Origin: an uncultured Collinsella sp. | GTDB lineage: Bacteria; Actinomycetota; Coriobacteriia; Coriobacteriales; Coriobacteriaceae | Direction of reading: 5' to 3' | DNA length: 64,000 bases | Assembly (NCBI GenBank): GCA_937989885.1 | Contig: CALKBP010000035.1 | Span: forward strand, 5,427-69,426 | Shown: one piece after another, positions 1-8,251 of the stretch | Layout of the letters: each line of letters starts with the position of its first letter | Numbering within the stretch: the first letter of the stretch is position 1 | Program-made: the position numbers and the translations under genes | The notes under the pieces: model-generated | Databases searched by the model: none | What the model saw: the letters and a program-made list of their open reading frames with translations, nothing else | Told to the model about the DNA's origin: nothing

Positions 1-2
1 GC

Positions 3-1169
3 ATGAACGTGGTGCTGCGCGAGAACATCGTGGGCGTGCGCGTCATTCGTGCATTTAACAAGGAGCGCCACGAGGAGCAGCGCCTGGACGAGGTGTTTAG
101 CGATTACGCGGCCAACGCCATCAAGGTCAACCACCTGTTTGTGGGTCTCGACAGCTCCAGCTTCTTTTTGATGAATATCGCCGAGGTGGCGGTGCTGTGG
201 GTGGGCGGCAACCGCGTGGGCGTCCACGCCATGCAAATCGGTAGCATTTCGGCCGTGCTGGAGTACGCGATCCTGATCCTGTTCTTTGTGATGATGGCGC
301 AGATGGTGATTCTGACGCTTCCGCGCGCCGCGGCGTGCCTCAACCGCGCGCAACAGGTGCTCGAAATCGAGCCGAGCATCGTGGACGGCAAGGCAACGCT
401 GGGCGACGGGGCGCCTGAGTCCGCAGATGGTGCCGACGCGGTTGCCGTGTTCGACCATATGTCGTTCCGTTTTGACGATGCCGACGAGGACACCCTGTGC
501 GACCTGAGCTTTGCCTGTCGCCGTGGCCAGACCACGGCGATTGTAGGCTCAACGGGCTCGGGCAAGTCAACGGTGGCCAAGCTCTTGTTGCGTTTCCACG
601 ATGCCACGAAGGGCGCCATTCGCCTGAATGGCATCGATCTGCGCGACCTTTCGCAAGGTGAGATTCGCGGGCATATCGCTTACGTGCCGCAGAAGGCGTG
701 GCTGTTCTCGGGTACGGTGGCGAGCAACCTGCGCTTTGGCAACGAGGGCGCGACCGAGGCTGACATGCTCCATGCGCTGGAGGTTGCCCAGAGCACCTTT
801 GTGCTCGATCAGCCCCAGGGGCTCGATACTCCGGTATCCCAGGGCGGCACGAACTTCTCGGGCGGTCAGCGCCAGCGCCTGGCGATCGCCCGCGCACTCA
901 TGAAGCATGCCGATCTATATATCTTCGATGACAGTTTTTCGGCCCTGGACTTTAAGACCGATGCCGCCCTGCGCCATGCGCTGCAGGACGAGACGCGCGA
1001 TGCCGCGGTGCTCATCATCGCGCAACGTATCTCGACTATTTTGCATGCCGATCAGATCGTGGTGCTCAAAGACGGCGAGATCGTGGGCCTAGGCACGCAC
1101 GACGAGCTCATGGAAACCTGCGAGGTGTACCGCGCTATCGCGGAATCGCAGATGAAGGGAGGTGAGTAG
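3..1169 (+). CDS. ABC transporter ATP-binding protein/permease (C-terminal part; 5' end outside window)
   Basis: Walker A GSTGSGKST, ABC signature FSGGQRQRLAIARAL, Walker B LYIFDDSFSALD and H-loop; preceded by the end of a TM domain. First member of a heterodimeric exporter pair. Confidence 0.8.
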   Translation: MNVVLRENIVGVRVIRAFNKERHEEQRLDEVFSDYAANAIKVNHLFVGLDSSSFFLMNIAEVAVLWVGGNRVGVHAMQIGSISAVLEYAILILFFVMMAQMVILTLPRAAACLNRAQQVLEIEPSIVDGKATLGDGAPESADGADAVAVFDHMSFRFDDADEDTLCDLSFACRRGQTTAIVGSTGSGKSTVAKLLLRFHDATKGAIRLNGIDLRDLSQGEIRGHIAYVPQKAWLFSGTVASNLRFGNEGATEADMLHALEVAQSTFVLDQPQGLDTPVSQGGTNFSGGQRQRLAIARALMKHADLYIFDDSFSALDFKTDAALRHALQDETRDAAVLIIAQRISTILHADQIVVLKDGEIVGLGTHDELMETCEVYRAIAESQMKGGE

Positions 1170-1170
1170 C

Positions 1171-3171
1171 ATGACCGAGGAGCTCAAGAAGCAGGCCATC
1201 GCCGAGGATGCCGCGGTTGCAGAGACAGTTGAGGAGACGGGCGCCACACCCGGCCTGGACGAAGCCGCCAAGGCGGCGGAGCGCGAGGCTCGCCGCCAGG
1301 CACTCTACGAGGAAAACGAGCGCGCCGAGGACGAGCGCGCCCGCGCCGAGGCGGAACGCATGCGCGACGTTGACGACGAGGACGAGGACGAGACGCCCCG
1401 CGACACCTGGGCGACGGTGCGCCGCCTGTGGAGCGAAGCCGCCGGCGACCATTGGCGCTTCTATATCGTGTTCGCGAGCATCGTGTTCTATGTCATCTTT
1501 AACACCGCGGCGCCGGCTTACAGCGCCCGCGTGATCGATGAGCTGTGGGGGCACATGAAGCTGGCGTTTGCCAACAACGCTACCTTCAGCATTACCTGGG
1601 AGAACTGCGGCAGGACCATCTTCATCTACTTTATGATCTGGACCGCCGCCGCCTCGTTCTACGCACTCCAGAGCTTTTTGATGTCGAGCGTTGCCGAGCG
1701 CCTCAACCTGCGCCTACGCAACCGCATCGCACAAAAGCTCAACCGTCTGCCGCTTGCCTACTTTGACGCGCATCGTCCCGGCGAGGTCGTCAGCCGTGCG
1801 ACCAACGACTTGGACAAGATGTCCGAGAGCATGCAGCGCGGCTTGCTGCAGCTTCTGGTGTCAATCGGTACCGTGGTGGGCGCCGTGAGCGTGATGTTCG
1901 TGTTTAGTGTGCCGCTCACGCTTGTATTTTTGTTCTTTACGGCGCTTTCGCTGCTGGTGACGAAGGTCGTTTCGCGCCGCACGCACGATGTGACGGGCGA
2001 GCGCCAGGAGTGGGTGTCCAAGATTACGAGCGCGGTCGAGGAAGGCTACTCGGGCCGTCTGGTAATCCGTGCGTTTAACCGCGAGCGCCAGAGCTCTGCC
2101 GAGGTGCACGAGGCTTCGAAGGAGCTGGCGCGCGTGAGCACCAAGGCCGACTTTATGATTAACGCCGTCGGTCCCGCAGTGCGCTTTATCGGCCGCTTGG
2201 CGCAAATCGTGATTGCGCTTGTGGGCTGCAGTATGTTGGTTGCCGGGCATATGACCGTCGGCGTGTTCCAGGCGTTCTTCCAGTTTATCTACGAGGCATC
2301 CGAGCCCATGACGCAGCTGTCGTTTACCTTTAACTCGCTGCAGAGCGCGCTGGCGAGCGCCGAGCGCGTGTTCGACCTGCTCGACGAGCCCGAGATGGAA
2401 GCCGATCCGTTGCCGGCGGCCGCCGCCAAGCTGCCGGGCAAGGTGGAGGGCCGTGTTGCCTTTGAACACGTGCGTTTTGGCTATGCGCCCGACAAGCCGC
2501 TCATGCGCGACGTGTCGTTTGCCGCCGAGCCGGGCCAAAAGATCGCGGTGGTGGGAACCACGGGCGCGGGCAAGACCACGCTCATCAATCTGCTCATGCG
2601 CTTCTACGAGATCGACGGTGGTCGCATTACCCTCGACGGCGTGGACACGAGCCGCATGGATCGTGGCGAGCTGCGCCAGCAGTTTGGCATGGTGTTGCAG
2701 GACGCCTGGCTGTTCGATGGCACCATTGCCGAGAACATCGCCTATGGCTGTCCCGAGGCGACGCGCGAGGAGATTGTCGCGGCCGCGCGTGCCGCTCAGG
2801 TCGACTTCTTTGTGCGCACTATGCCGCAGGGCTACGACACGCGTGTGGCTAACGATGCCGAGAGCATCAGCCAGGGCCAACGTCAGCTGCTGACCATCGC
2901 GCGCGTGCTGCTCAACAACCCGGCGATCCTCATCCTGGACGAGGCGACGTCGAGTGTGGACACGCGCACCGAGCTCGCCATCGGCCGCGCCATGGACGCG
3001 CTTATGCGCGGGCGCACGAGCTTTGTGATCGCGCACCGTCTGTCGACGATCGTGGATGCCGACCTGATTCTGGTCATGGATCACGGCAACATTATCGAGC
3101 AGGGCACGCACAAGGAGCTGCTGGCTGCCGAGGGCGCTTATGCCGACCTCTATCTAAGCCAGTTCGCATAA
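1171..3171 (+). CDS. ABC transporter ATP-binding protein/permease (exporter type) with ~90-aa acidic N-terminal extension
   Basis: ATG at 1171 with RBS gaagggagg upstream, overlapping the stop of the previous ABC gene. Six-TM region followed by Walker A GTTGAGKTT, signature ISQGQRQLLTIARVLL and Walker B ILILDEATS. Confidence 0.8.
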   Translation: MTEELKKQAIAEDAAVAETVEETGATPGLDEAAKAAEREARRQALYEENERAEDERARAEAERMRDVDDEDEDETPRDTWATVRRLWSEAAGDHWRFYIVFASIVFYVIFNTAAPAYSARVIDELWGHMKLAFANNATFSITWENCGRTIFIYFMIWTAAASFYALQSFLMSSVAERLNLRLRNRIAQKLNRLPLAYFDAHRPGEVVSRATNDLDKMSESMQRGLLQLLVSIGTVVGAVSVMFVFSVPLTLVFLFFTALSLLVTKVVSRRTHDVTGERQEWVSKITSAVEEGYSGRLVIRAFNRERQSSAEVHEASKELARVSTKADFMINAVGPAVRFIGRLAQIVIALVGCSMLVAGHMTVGVFQAFFQFIYEASEPMTQLSFTFNSLQSALASAERVFDLLDEPEMEADPLPAAAAKLPGKVEGRVAFEHVRFGYAPDKPLMRDVSFAAEPGQKIAVVGTTGAGKTTLINLLMRFYEIDGGRITLDGVDTSRMDRGELRQQFGMVLQDAWLFDGTIAENIAYGCPEATREEIVAAARAAQVDFFVRTMPQGYDTRVANDAESISQGQRQLLTIARVLLNNPAILILDEATSSVDTRTELAIGRAMDALMRGRTSFVIAHRLSTIVDADLILVMDHGNIIEQGTHKELLAAEGAYADLYLSQFA

Positions 3172-3172
3172 G

Positions 3173-3203
3173 GTGGCAAAGGGGCAGTCCCGCATGTCAC
3201 ATC
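3173..3203. repeat. Degenerate copy of the 'gtggcaaaggggcagtccc...atgtcacat' REP-like palindrome family
   Basis: ggtggcaaaggggcagtcccgcatgtcacat lies immediately after the ABC gene stop. The motif is shared with copies at 25094, 38474, 48139, 49686, 52137 and 53619. Confidence 0.45.
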
Positions 3204-3282
3204 GAAAAGAAGGCGCGCCGGGGGCGGATTCCCTGGCGCGCCGTTTGTGTTGGCGTTCATGCTGTGGCGGTTGCCCGCGGCC

Positions 3283-3987
3283 CTAGCGTTCGTCCACAAG
3301 TTTGGCGACGAGGGCTTTGAGCTCGGCCACCTCTTGCTCGAGTTCCTTGACGCGACGGGCGTTTTCGGTGATGCCCTGACGGTTGAGGGCGCTCTGCTCG
3401 GCGGCATCGTCGGGCATGTACTCGCGATGCTGCTTGGCGTCGAAGCTCTCCTCGAACACGCGGCAGCCGTTGCGCTTGATGATGCGCCCGGGCACGCCCA
3501 CGACGGTGCAGTTGTCGGGGACGTCCTTAACGACGACCGAGTTGCCGCCGATCTTGACGTTGTTGCCAATGTGGATGTTGCCAAGCACCTTTGCGCCCGT
3601 GCCCACCGTGACATTGTTGCCCAGGGTGGGGTGGCGTTTGCCGGTCTCGTTGCCGGTGCCGCCGAGCGTGACGCCCTGGTAGAGCACGCAGTTGTCGCCC
3701 ACGATGGCAGTCTCGCCGATGACGACGCCCATGGCGTGGTCGATAAAGAAGTGCTTGCCGAGCTGCGCGGCGGGATGAATCTCGACGCCGGTGATATGGC
3801 GGGTGATTTGCGAGAGCACACGGGCGAGTGAGCGATGGCCGTGTTTCCAGAGCCAGTGCTCGGGCACGTGGTTCCACTTGGCGTGCAGACCAGGATAGGA
3901 AAGGAAGATGACCAGACCGTTTTGCGCGGCGGGGTCCTGCGCCTGGACGGTCTTGATGTCCTCGCGAATGGTATTGATAAAGCTCAC
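3283..3987 (-). CDS. cysE: Serine O-acetyltransferase
   Basis: Left-handed beta-helix hexapeptide region [71 protein letters not shown], typical of CysE. Probable GTG start at 3987 preceded by aagggagggcgg. C-terminal coiled-coil-like tail ([17 protein letters not shown]). Confidence 0.85.
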   Translation of the reverse strand: MSFINTIREDIKTVQAQDPAAQNGLVIFLSYPGLHAKWNHVPEHWLWKHGHRSLARVLSQITRHITGVEIHPAAQLGKHFFIDHAMGVVIGETAIVGDNCVLYQGVTLGGTGNETGKRHPTLGNNVTVGTGAKVLGNIHIGNNVKIGGNSVVVKDVPDNCTVVGVPGRIIKRNGCRVFEESFDAKQHREYMPDDAAEQSALNRQGITENARRVKELEQEVAELKALVAKLVDER

Positions 3988-4171
3988 TGGCCGCCCTCCC
4001 TTAGCGCCATGGCAATGCGATTCACTAAAGTATAGCGATTCGCTAGGGATTAGGAAGGACAATCTTGGCGGCTTTGGGTGACAAGTGTCAGTTATGCAAA
4101 CTTGCTGGTAATGAAGTAAGACTTTTGAGGGGTTTGGCCCGCGCCCGCGCCGCAACCGTATACTGGTCAAC

Positions 4172-4858
4172 TTGGACGTGTCCGCGCCCACAACTGAGAG
4201 GTTTTACTTCATGGGTTTCATCAATTTTATCGCCGAGCTGCTTAAGGACCCGCGCACCGCGATCGCCAGCTGGATCGCCGCCGGCCCGCTTATGGCCTAC
4301 GGCTGCGTGTTCCTAATCATCTTTATCGAGACGGGCGTGGTGTTCTTCCCGTTCCTTCCCGGCGACTCGCTGCTGTTTGCCTCGGGCTTCTTTGCCCATA
4401 ATGGCGGCTTTAACATTGTTGCGCTTCTGGCCACCGCATGGGCCGCAGCCATCCTGGGCGATCAGTGCAACTTTATGATCGGCCACTTCTTTGGCCGCAA
4501 GATCATCGCCTCGGGCAAGGTAAAGGCCATGACGCCCGAGCGCATCAAAAAGTCCGAGGATTTCCTAGATAAGTGGGGCCATCTGGCCATCTTCCTCGGT
4601 CGCTTCTTCCCGTTCATCCGCACCTTTGTGCCTTTTATCGCCGGCATGGGCGGCATGCACTGGCGCAACTTTGTCGTCTTTAACGTGCTGGGTGGCATTA
4701 CCTGGTCGACGGTCTTTACGCTGCTGGGTTACTTCTTTGGTGGCATTCCGTTTGTGCAGGAGCACTTTGAGCTGCTGATCATCGGCATTGTCGCCGTGTC
4801 GATTATCCCGACCGTGGTCGGTCTGGTTAAGGCCAAGCTCGGTAAAAAGAACGCCTAG
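4172..4858 (+). CDS. DedA/VTT-domain family membrane protein
   Basis: [29 protein letters not shown], the characteristic DedA motif, within a multi-TM protein; divergent from cysE. Confidence 0.75.
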   Translation: MDVSAPTTERFYFMGFINFIAELLKDPRTAIASWIAAGPLMAYGCVFLIIFIETGVVFFPFLPGDSLLFASGFFAHNGGFNIVALLATAWAAAILGDQCNFMIGHFFGRKIIASGKVKAMTPERIKKSEDFLDKWGHLAIFLGRFFPFIRTFVPFIAGMGGMHWRNFVVFNVLGGITWSTVFTLLGYFFGGIPFVQEHFELLIIGIVAVSIIPTVVGLVKAKLGKKNA

Positions 4859-4888
4859 TCCGAGCTTGTTTTCGGACGTTGATTCCAA

Positions 4889-4922
4889 GGCCCGTCATCG
4901 GATTCGATGGCGGGCCTTTTGT
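4889..4922 (+). terminator. Rho-independent terminator after dedA
   Basis: ggcccgtcatcggattcgatggcgggcc hairpin followed by tttt. Confidence 0.6.
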
Positions 4923-5148
4923 GTTGAAGGCAAATGAAAATACTTTACTTAGTTAAAGAAAAACGTTTTATCCAAGGCGCGCGGGGAGTACAATCACCTG
5001 CATGCGAATCGACGCGTCATCGGCTTTGATGCTGCCCGCGTGTCCTACCCGGCTCTACGCTTCCGGGTATGCGACGTTGCGACGCGGCCGGCTTCGGTCC
5101 TTGCGTGCGGGTTCGCGAGTATGCAACCGTGTATGTAAGGAGCGACAT

Positions 5149-6201
5149 ATGACTGTCGAGAAGAAGGATATCGATTGGGGTAGCCTCGGCTTTGGCTACA
5201 TGAAGACCGATTACAGCTACGAGGCCCATTGGAAGGACGGCGAGTGGGACGAGGGCGGCCTGACCACCGACCACACCCTGCACGTCTCCGAGTGTGGCGG
5301 TATCTTCCACTACTGCCAGGAGGTCTTTGAGGGCCTGAAGGCCTACACCGCCGAGGACGGCAGCATCGTCTGTTTCCGCCCCGACATGAACGCCGAGCGT
5401 ATGTACAACTCCGCCCAGCGTCTGGAGATGCCCCCGTTCCCCAAGGACAAGTTTGTCGAGGCCGTCAAGCAGGTCGTCTCTGCCAACGCCGCATGGGTTC
5501 CGCCCTTCGGCTCTGGCGCAACCCTGTATGTGCGTCCGTTTATGATCGGCTCCGGTGACGTGATCGGCGTGGCTCCCGCTCCTGAGTACACGTTCCGCAT
5601 TCTCGTGACCCCGGTCGGTCCGTACTTTAAGGGTGGCCTCAAGCCTGTCAAGCTGCGCGTTTCCGAGTACGACCGCGCCGCACCGCACGGCACCGGCAAC
5701 ATCAAGGCCGGCCTCAACTACGCCATGTCCCTGAAGCCCACGATGGAGGCTCACCGCGAGGGCTATGCCGAGAACCTGTATCTCGACTCCGAGTCCCGCA
5801 CCTATGTCGAGGAGACCGGTGGCGCCAACGTCCTGTTCGTGAAAGAGGACGGCACGCTTGTCGTCCCGCAGTCGCACACCGACTCCATCCTGCCCTCCAT
5901 CACCCGTCGTTCGCTCGTTCAGGTCGCTGAGGACCTGGGCATGACCGTCGACCAGCGTCCCGTCGAGTGGGCCGAGGTCAAGGCCGGCACCTTTGTTGAG
6001 TGCGGTCTGTGCGGCACCGCTGCCGTTATCTCCCCGGTCGGCGAGATCGACAACAAGGTCTACGGTGCCGACGAGACTGTGACCTTCCCGGCTGGCTACA
6101 CCGAGATCGGTCCTGTGATGAAGAAGCTCCGCGAGACTCTGACGGGCATCCAGTCTGGTGCTGTTGAGGATAAGCACAACTGGGTTTACACCGTCGCGTA
6201 A
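5149..6201 (+). CDS. ilvE: Branched-chain amino acid aminotransferase (class IV)
   Basis: ATG at 5149 with RBS aaggagcgac. BCAT-like motifs throughout (EGLKAYTAEDGSIVCFRPDMNAERM, GNIKAGLNYA, C-terminal ...HNWVYTV similar to Gram-positive YbgE/YwaA-type BCAT). The ORF-track N-terminus upstream of 5149 is a leader, not coding. Confidence 0.85.
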   Translation: MTVEKKDIDWGSLGFGYMKTDYSYEAHWKDGEWDEGGLTTDHTLHVSECGGIFHYCQEVFEGLKAYTAEDGSIVCFRPDMNAERMYNSAQRLEMPPFPKDKFVEAVKQVVSANAAWVPPFGSGATLYVRPFMIGSGDVIGVAPAPEYTFRILVTPVGPYFKGGLKPVKLRVSEYDRAAPHGTGNIKAGLNYAMSLKPTMEAHREGYAENLYLDSESRTYVEETGGANVLFVKEDGTLVVPQSHTDSILPSITRRSLVQVAEDLGMTVDQRPVEWAEVKAGTFVECGLCGTAAVISPVGEIDNKVYGADETVTFPAGYTEIGPVMKKLRETLTGIQSGAVEDKHNWVYTVA

Positions 6202-6225
6202 GCTGTCTTGTATGTCCGGCCCGAG

Positions 6226-6332
6226 GGCGACCTTCCTTTCCGGCGCGTCCTCGGACATGAAAGAACCCCCGCTGCGCACTACGTGCGGCGGGGGTTCTTT
6301 CGTCCTGCGGAGTGCGCCGGAAAGGAAGGTCA
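6226..6332. repeat. Nested long palindrome downstream of ilvE (terminator-like, no T-tract)
   Basis: Inner perfect hairpin gaaagaacccccgc...gcgggggttctttc. Outer arms ggcgaccttcctttccggcgcg / gtgcgccggaaaggaaggtca. Confidence 0.5.
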
Positions 6333-6685
6333 CCCCCGGGCCTGCGTTACCTCGGCGCAGTCGTTACGGGCAATATAGATCTGAATAGAGATGGTGCGCG
6401 GCCTTTTGCCGCGCTTTTGTTTTGGTTCGCGCCATGTGGGGGTGGTGGCGACGTGCATTTTTGCGAGTATTCTGCAATCGAAGGCCACTGCATACCGACT
6501 TCGGGCGAAAAATCGGGATTTCTCGATGTTTTCTACGAATGATGGGCGGGGTTATGGGCTGACAGCGTTTGATTTGCAGGGATATTCGCGGTCTTTGGCA
6601 TTTATCGTGGCGCCCGAAGCCCTTGGTTATGTTGAATACTCCTAAAAATGCACGGTGCTTAGAGGGGGACCTTCGCAACAAAGGA

Positions 6686-6720
6686 AACCGCCCCGTCGAA
6701 GTATGCATTCGACGAGGCGG
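6686..6720 (-). terminator. Rho-independent terminator for lemA (hairpin also usable on + strand)
   Basis: aaaccgccccgtcgaagtatgcattcgacgaggcggttt. On the minus strand the hairpin is followed by a T-rich run (tttcctttgtt). Confidence 0.55.
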
Positions 6721-6759
6721 TTTATGCATATACCCGATTAAGGATACGCTGCGGATCTG

Positions 6760-7311
6760 TTAGAACTTGACGGTCGGTGCCTGGCGGGCAGCTTCGGCGG
6801 CCTCGAAGCCCTGGCGCTCCTTAAACTGGAAGATGCCGGCAAAGATGACGGCCGGGAAGGTCTGGATGGCGTTGTTGTAGCTAAGCACGCAGTCGTTGTA
6901 GCTCTGGCGTGCGTAGCTCACCTTGTTCTCGGTGTCTTCGAGCGTGGCTTGGAGCTGCGTAAAGTTGGTGTTCGCCTTAAGATCGGGGTAAGCCTCGGCC
7001 ACGGCGAAGAGCTGGCGCAGGGCGCCGGTCAGCACGTTGTCGGCTTCCATCTTGGCTTCGGGCGTGGTGGCGCTCACGGCGGCGTTGCGCGCGTTGACCA
7101 CGGCGGCAAGCGTGTCCTGCTCGTGTTTGGCGTAGCCCTTGACGGTTTCGACCAGGTTAGGGATCAGGTCGTTGCGGCGCTGCAGCTGCGTGTCGATGTT
7201 CTGCCAGGCGTTATCGATACGATTGCGCTTGGTGACCATGTTGTTGTAGATGCCGGCGATGGCGCAGACAATCACAACGACAACAACGATACCGATGATG
7301 ACGGGAATCAT
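6760..7311 (-). CDS. lemA: LemA family protein
   Basis: N-terminal TM (MIPVIIGIVVVVVIVCAIAG) followed by a conserved LemA region (NAWQNIDTQLQRRNDLIPNLVETVKGYAKHEQ...). Confidence 0.8.
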   Translation of the reverse strand: MIPVIIGIVVVVVIVCAIAGIYNNMVTKRNRIDNAWQNIDTQLQRRNDLIPNLVETVKGYAKHEQDTLAAVVNARNAAVSATTPEAKMEADNVLTGALRQLFAVAEAYPDLKANTNFTQLQATLEDTENKVSYARQSYNDCVLSYNNAIQTFPAVIFAGIFQFKERQGFEAAEAARQAPTVKF

Positions 7312-7523
7312 GGTGTCTCCGTTTCGAATGGCCGCGGCGTCTTCCGCCGGCTGCCGTTGGTGTAACGCTACTAGTATACCCGCAACCTTTGGCGATACCG
7401 AACTTTCCGGTAAGCGTTATGTTTCCACCAAGGTAAGGCCATTCGCCAGGGGGCGGGCGATACAGGTGTAAGATATGCGACAGATTAGTGAGCGCTGTCT
7501 TTTCCTTGAGGAGGGCGATATAT

Positions 7524-8108
7524 ATGGACCTTCGCATCAAGAAAACCTATCGGGCCCTGTTCGAGGCCTTTACCGAGCTGCTCGAAGAGCATCGGTTTGA
7601 GGACGTGACGGTTGCCATGCTGTGCGACCGCGCTATGATTCGTCGGACGACGTTCTACAAGCACTTCCGCGACAAAAACGATTACTTTGCCTTCTATATC
7701 GATGAACTCATGTCGGGCCTGCCGCAAAAGCGGGCCGATGCGGATGGCGCGGAGGGCGCCGAGGACGTACGCGCGCTTCGCCACGAAGTGTTCGCCGATG
7801 CTATGGATCTGATTCTGGCGCATGAGCAGCTCATGGATAACATTTTGGCGAGCAGCATGTCGGGTATGCTGACCAGCATGATTTGCGACCGCATCGCGCG
7901 CTCCATACGCGGGCGCGTGATGATCGCGCTTGACGAGGACGCGCTCGCGCCCGTATCGCTCGAGACAACGTCTGAGTTTGTCGCCGGCGGTATTATTCGA
8001 CTCTTTACCATGTGGTGGGAATCGGGCCACGTACTAGAGCGCCGATCCGAAATCGCCGACGTGGTCGATGCGCTGTTCGAGCGGACCATGACGCCGGTGA
8101 ATCACTAA
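7524..8108 (+). CDS. TetR/AcrR family transcriptional regulator
   Basis: N-terminal HTH IKKTYRALFEAFTELLEEHRFEDVTVAMLCDRAMIRRTTFYKHFRDK. ATG at 7524 with RBS gaggagggcg. Confidence 0.75.
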   Translation: MDLRIKKTYRALFEAFTELLEEHRFEDVTVAMLCDRAMIRRTTFYKHFRDKNDYFAFYIDELMSGLPQKRADADGAEGAEDVRALRHEVFADAMDLILAHEQLMDNILASSMSGMLTSMICDRIARSIRGRVMIALDEDALAPVSLETTSEFVAGGIIRLFTMWWESGHVLERRSEIADVVDALFERTMTPVNH

Positions 8109-8110
8109 GG

Positions 8111-8200
8111 TGGCGGAGAGAGGGGGATTCGAACCCCCGGAACGCTCTCGCGCTCAACGGTTTTCAAGACCGCCGCATTCAACCGCTCTGCCATCTCTCC
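8111..8200 (-). tRNA. tRNA-Ser (anticodon UGA)
   Basis: Reverse complement reads GGAGAGATGGCAGAGCGGTTGAATGCGGCGGTCTTGAAAACCGTTGAGCGCGAGAGCGTTCCGGGGGTTCGAATCCCCCTCTCTCCGCCA. Cloverleaf with anticodon loop CTTGAAA (UGA), long variable arm, T-loop GGTTCGAATCC and encoded CCA. Confidence 0.85.
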
Positions 8201-8251
8201 GTGAGTCGTAATGATAGCATCGTTTTGGATTTGCAACAGGGGAGGCGAACG

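Noticed and set aside
3988-4171. T-box or other riboswitch in the cysE leader / cysE-dedA divergent region
   Set aside because: No T-box consensus (AGGGTGGNACCGCG-like) or recognisable riboswitch core found by eye; needs an Rfam scan to exclude.
8012-8251. ORF-track N-terminal extension of the tadA/glxK frame back to 8012
   Set aside because: It runs across the tRNA-Ser gene on the opposite strand; a good RBS + ATG exists at 8252 where TadA homology starts.
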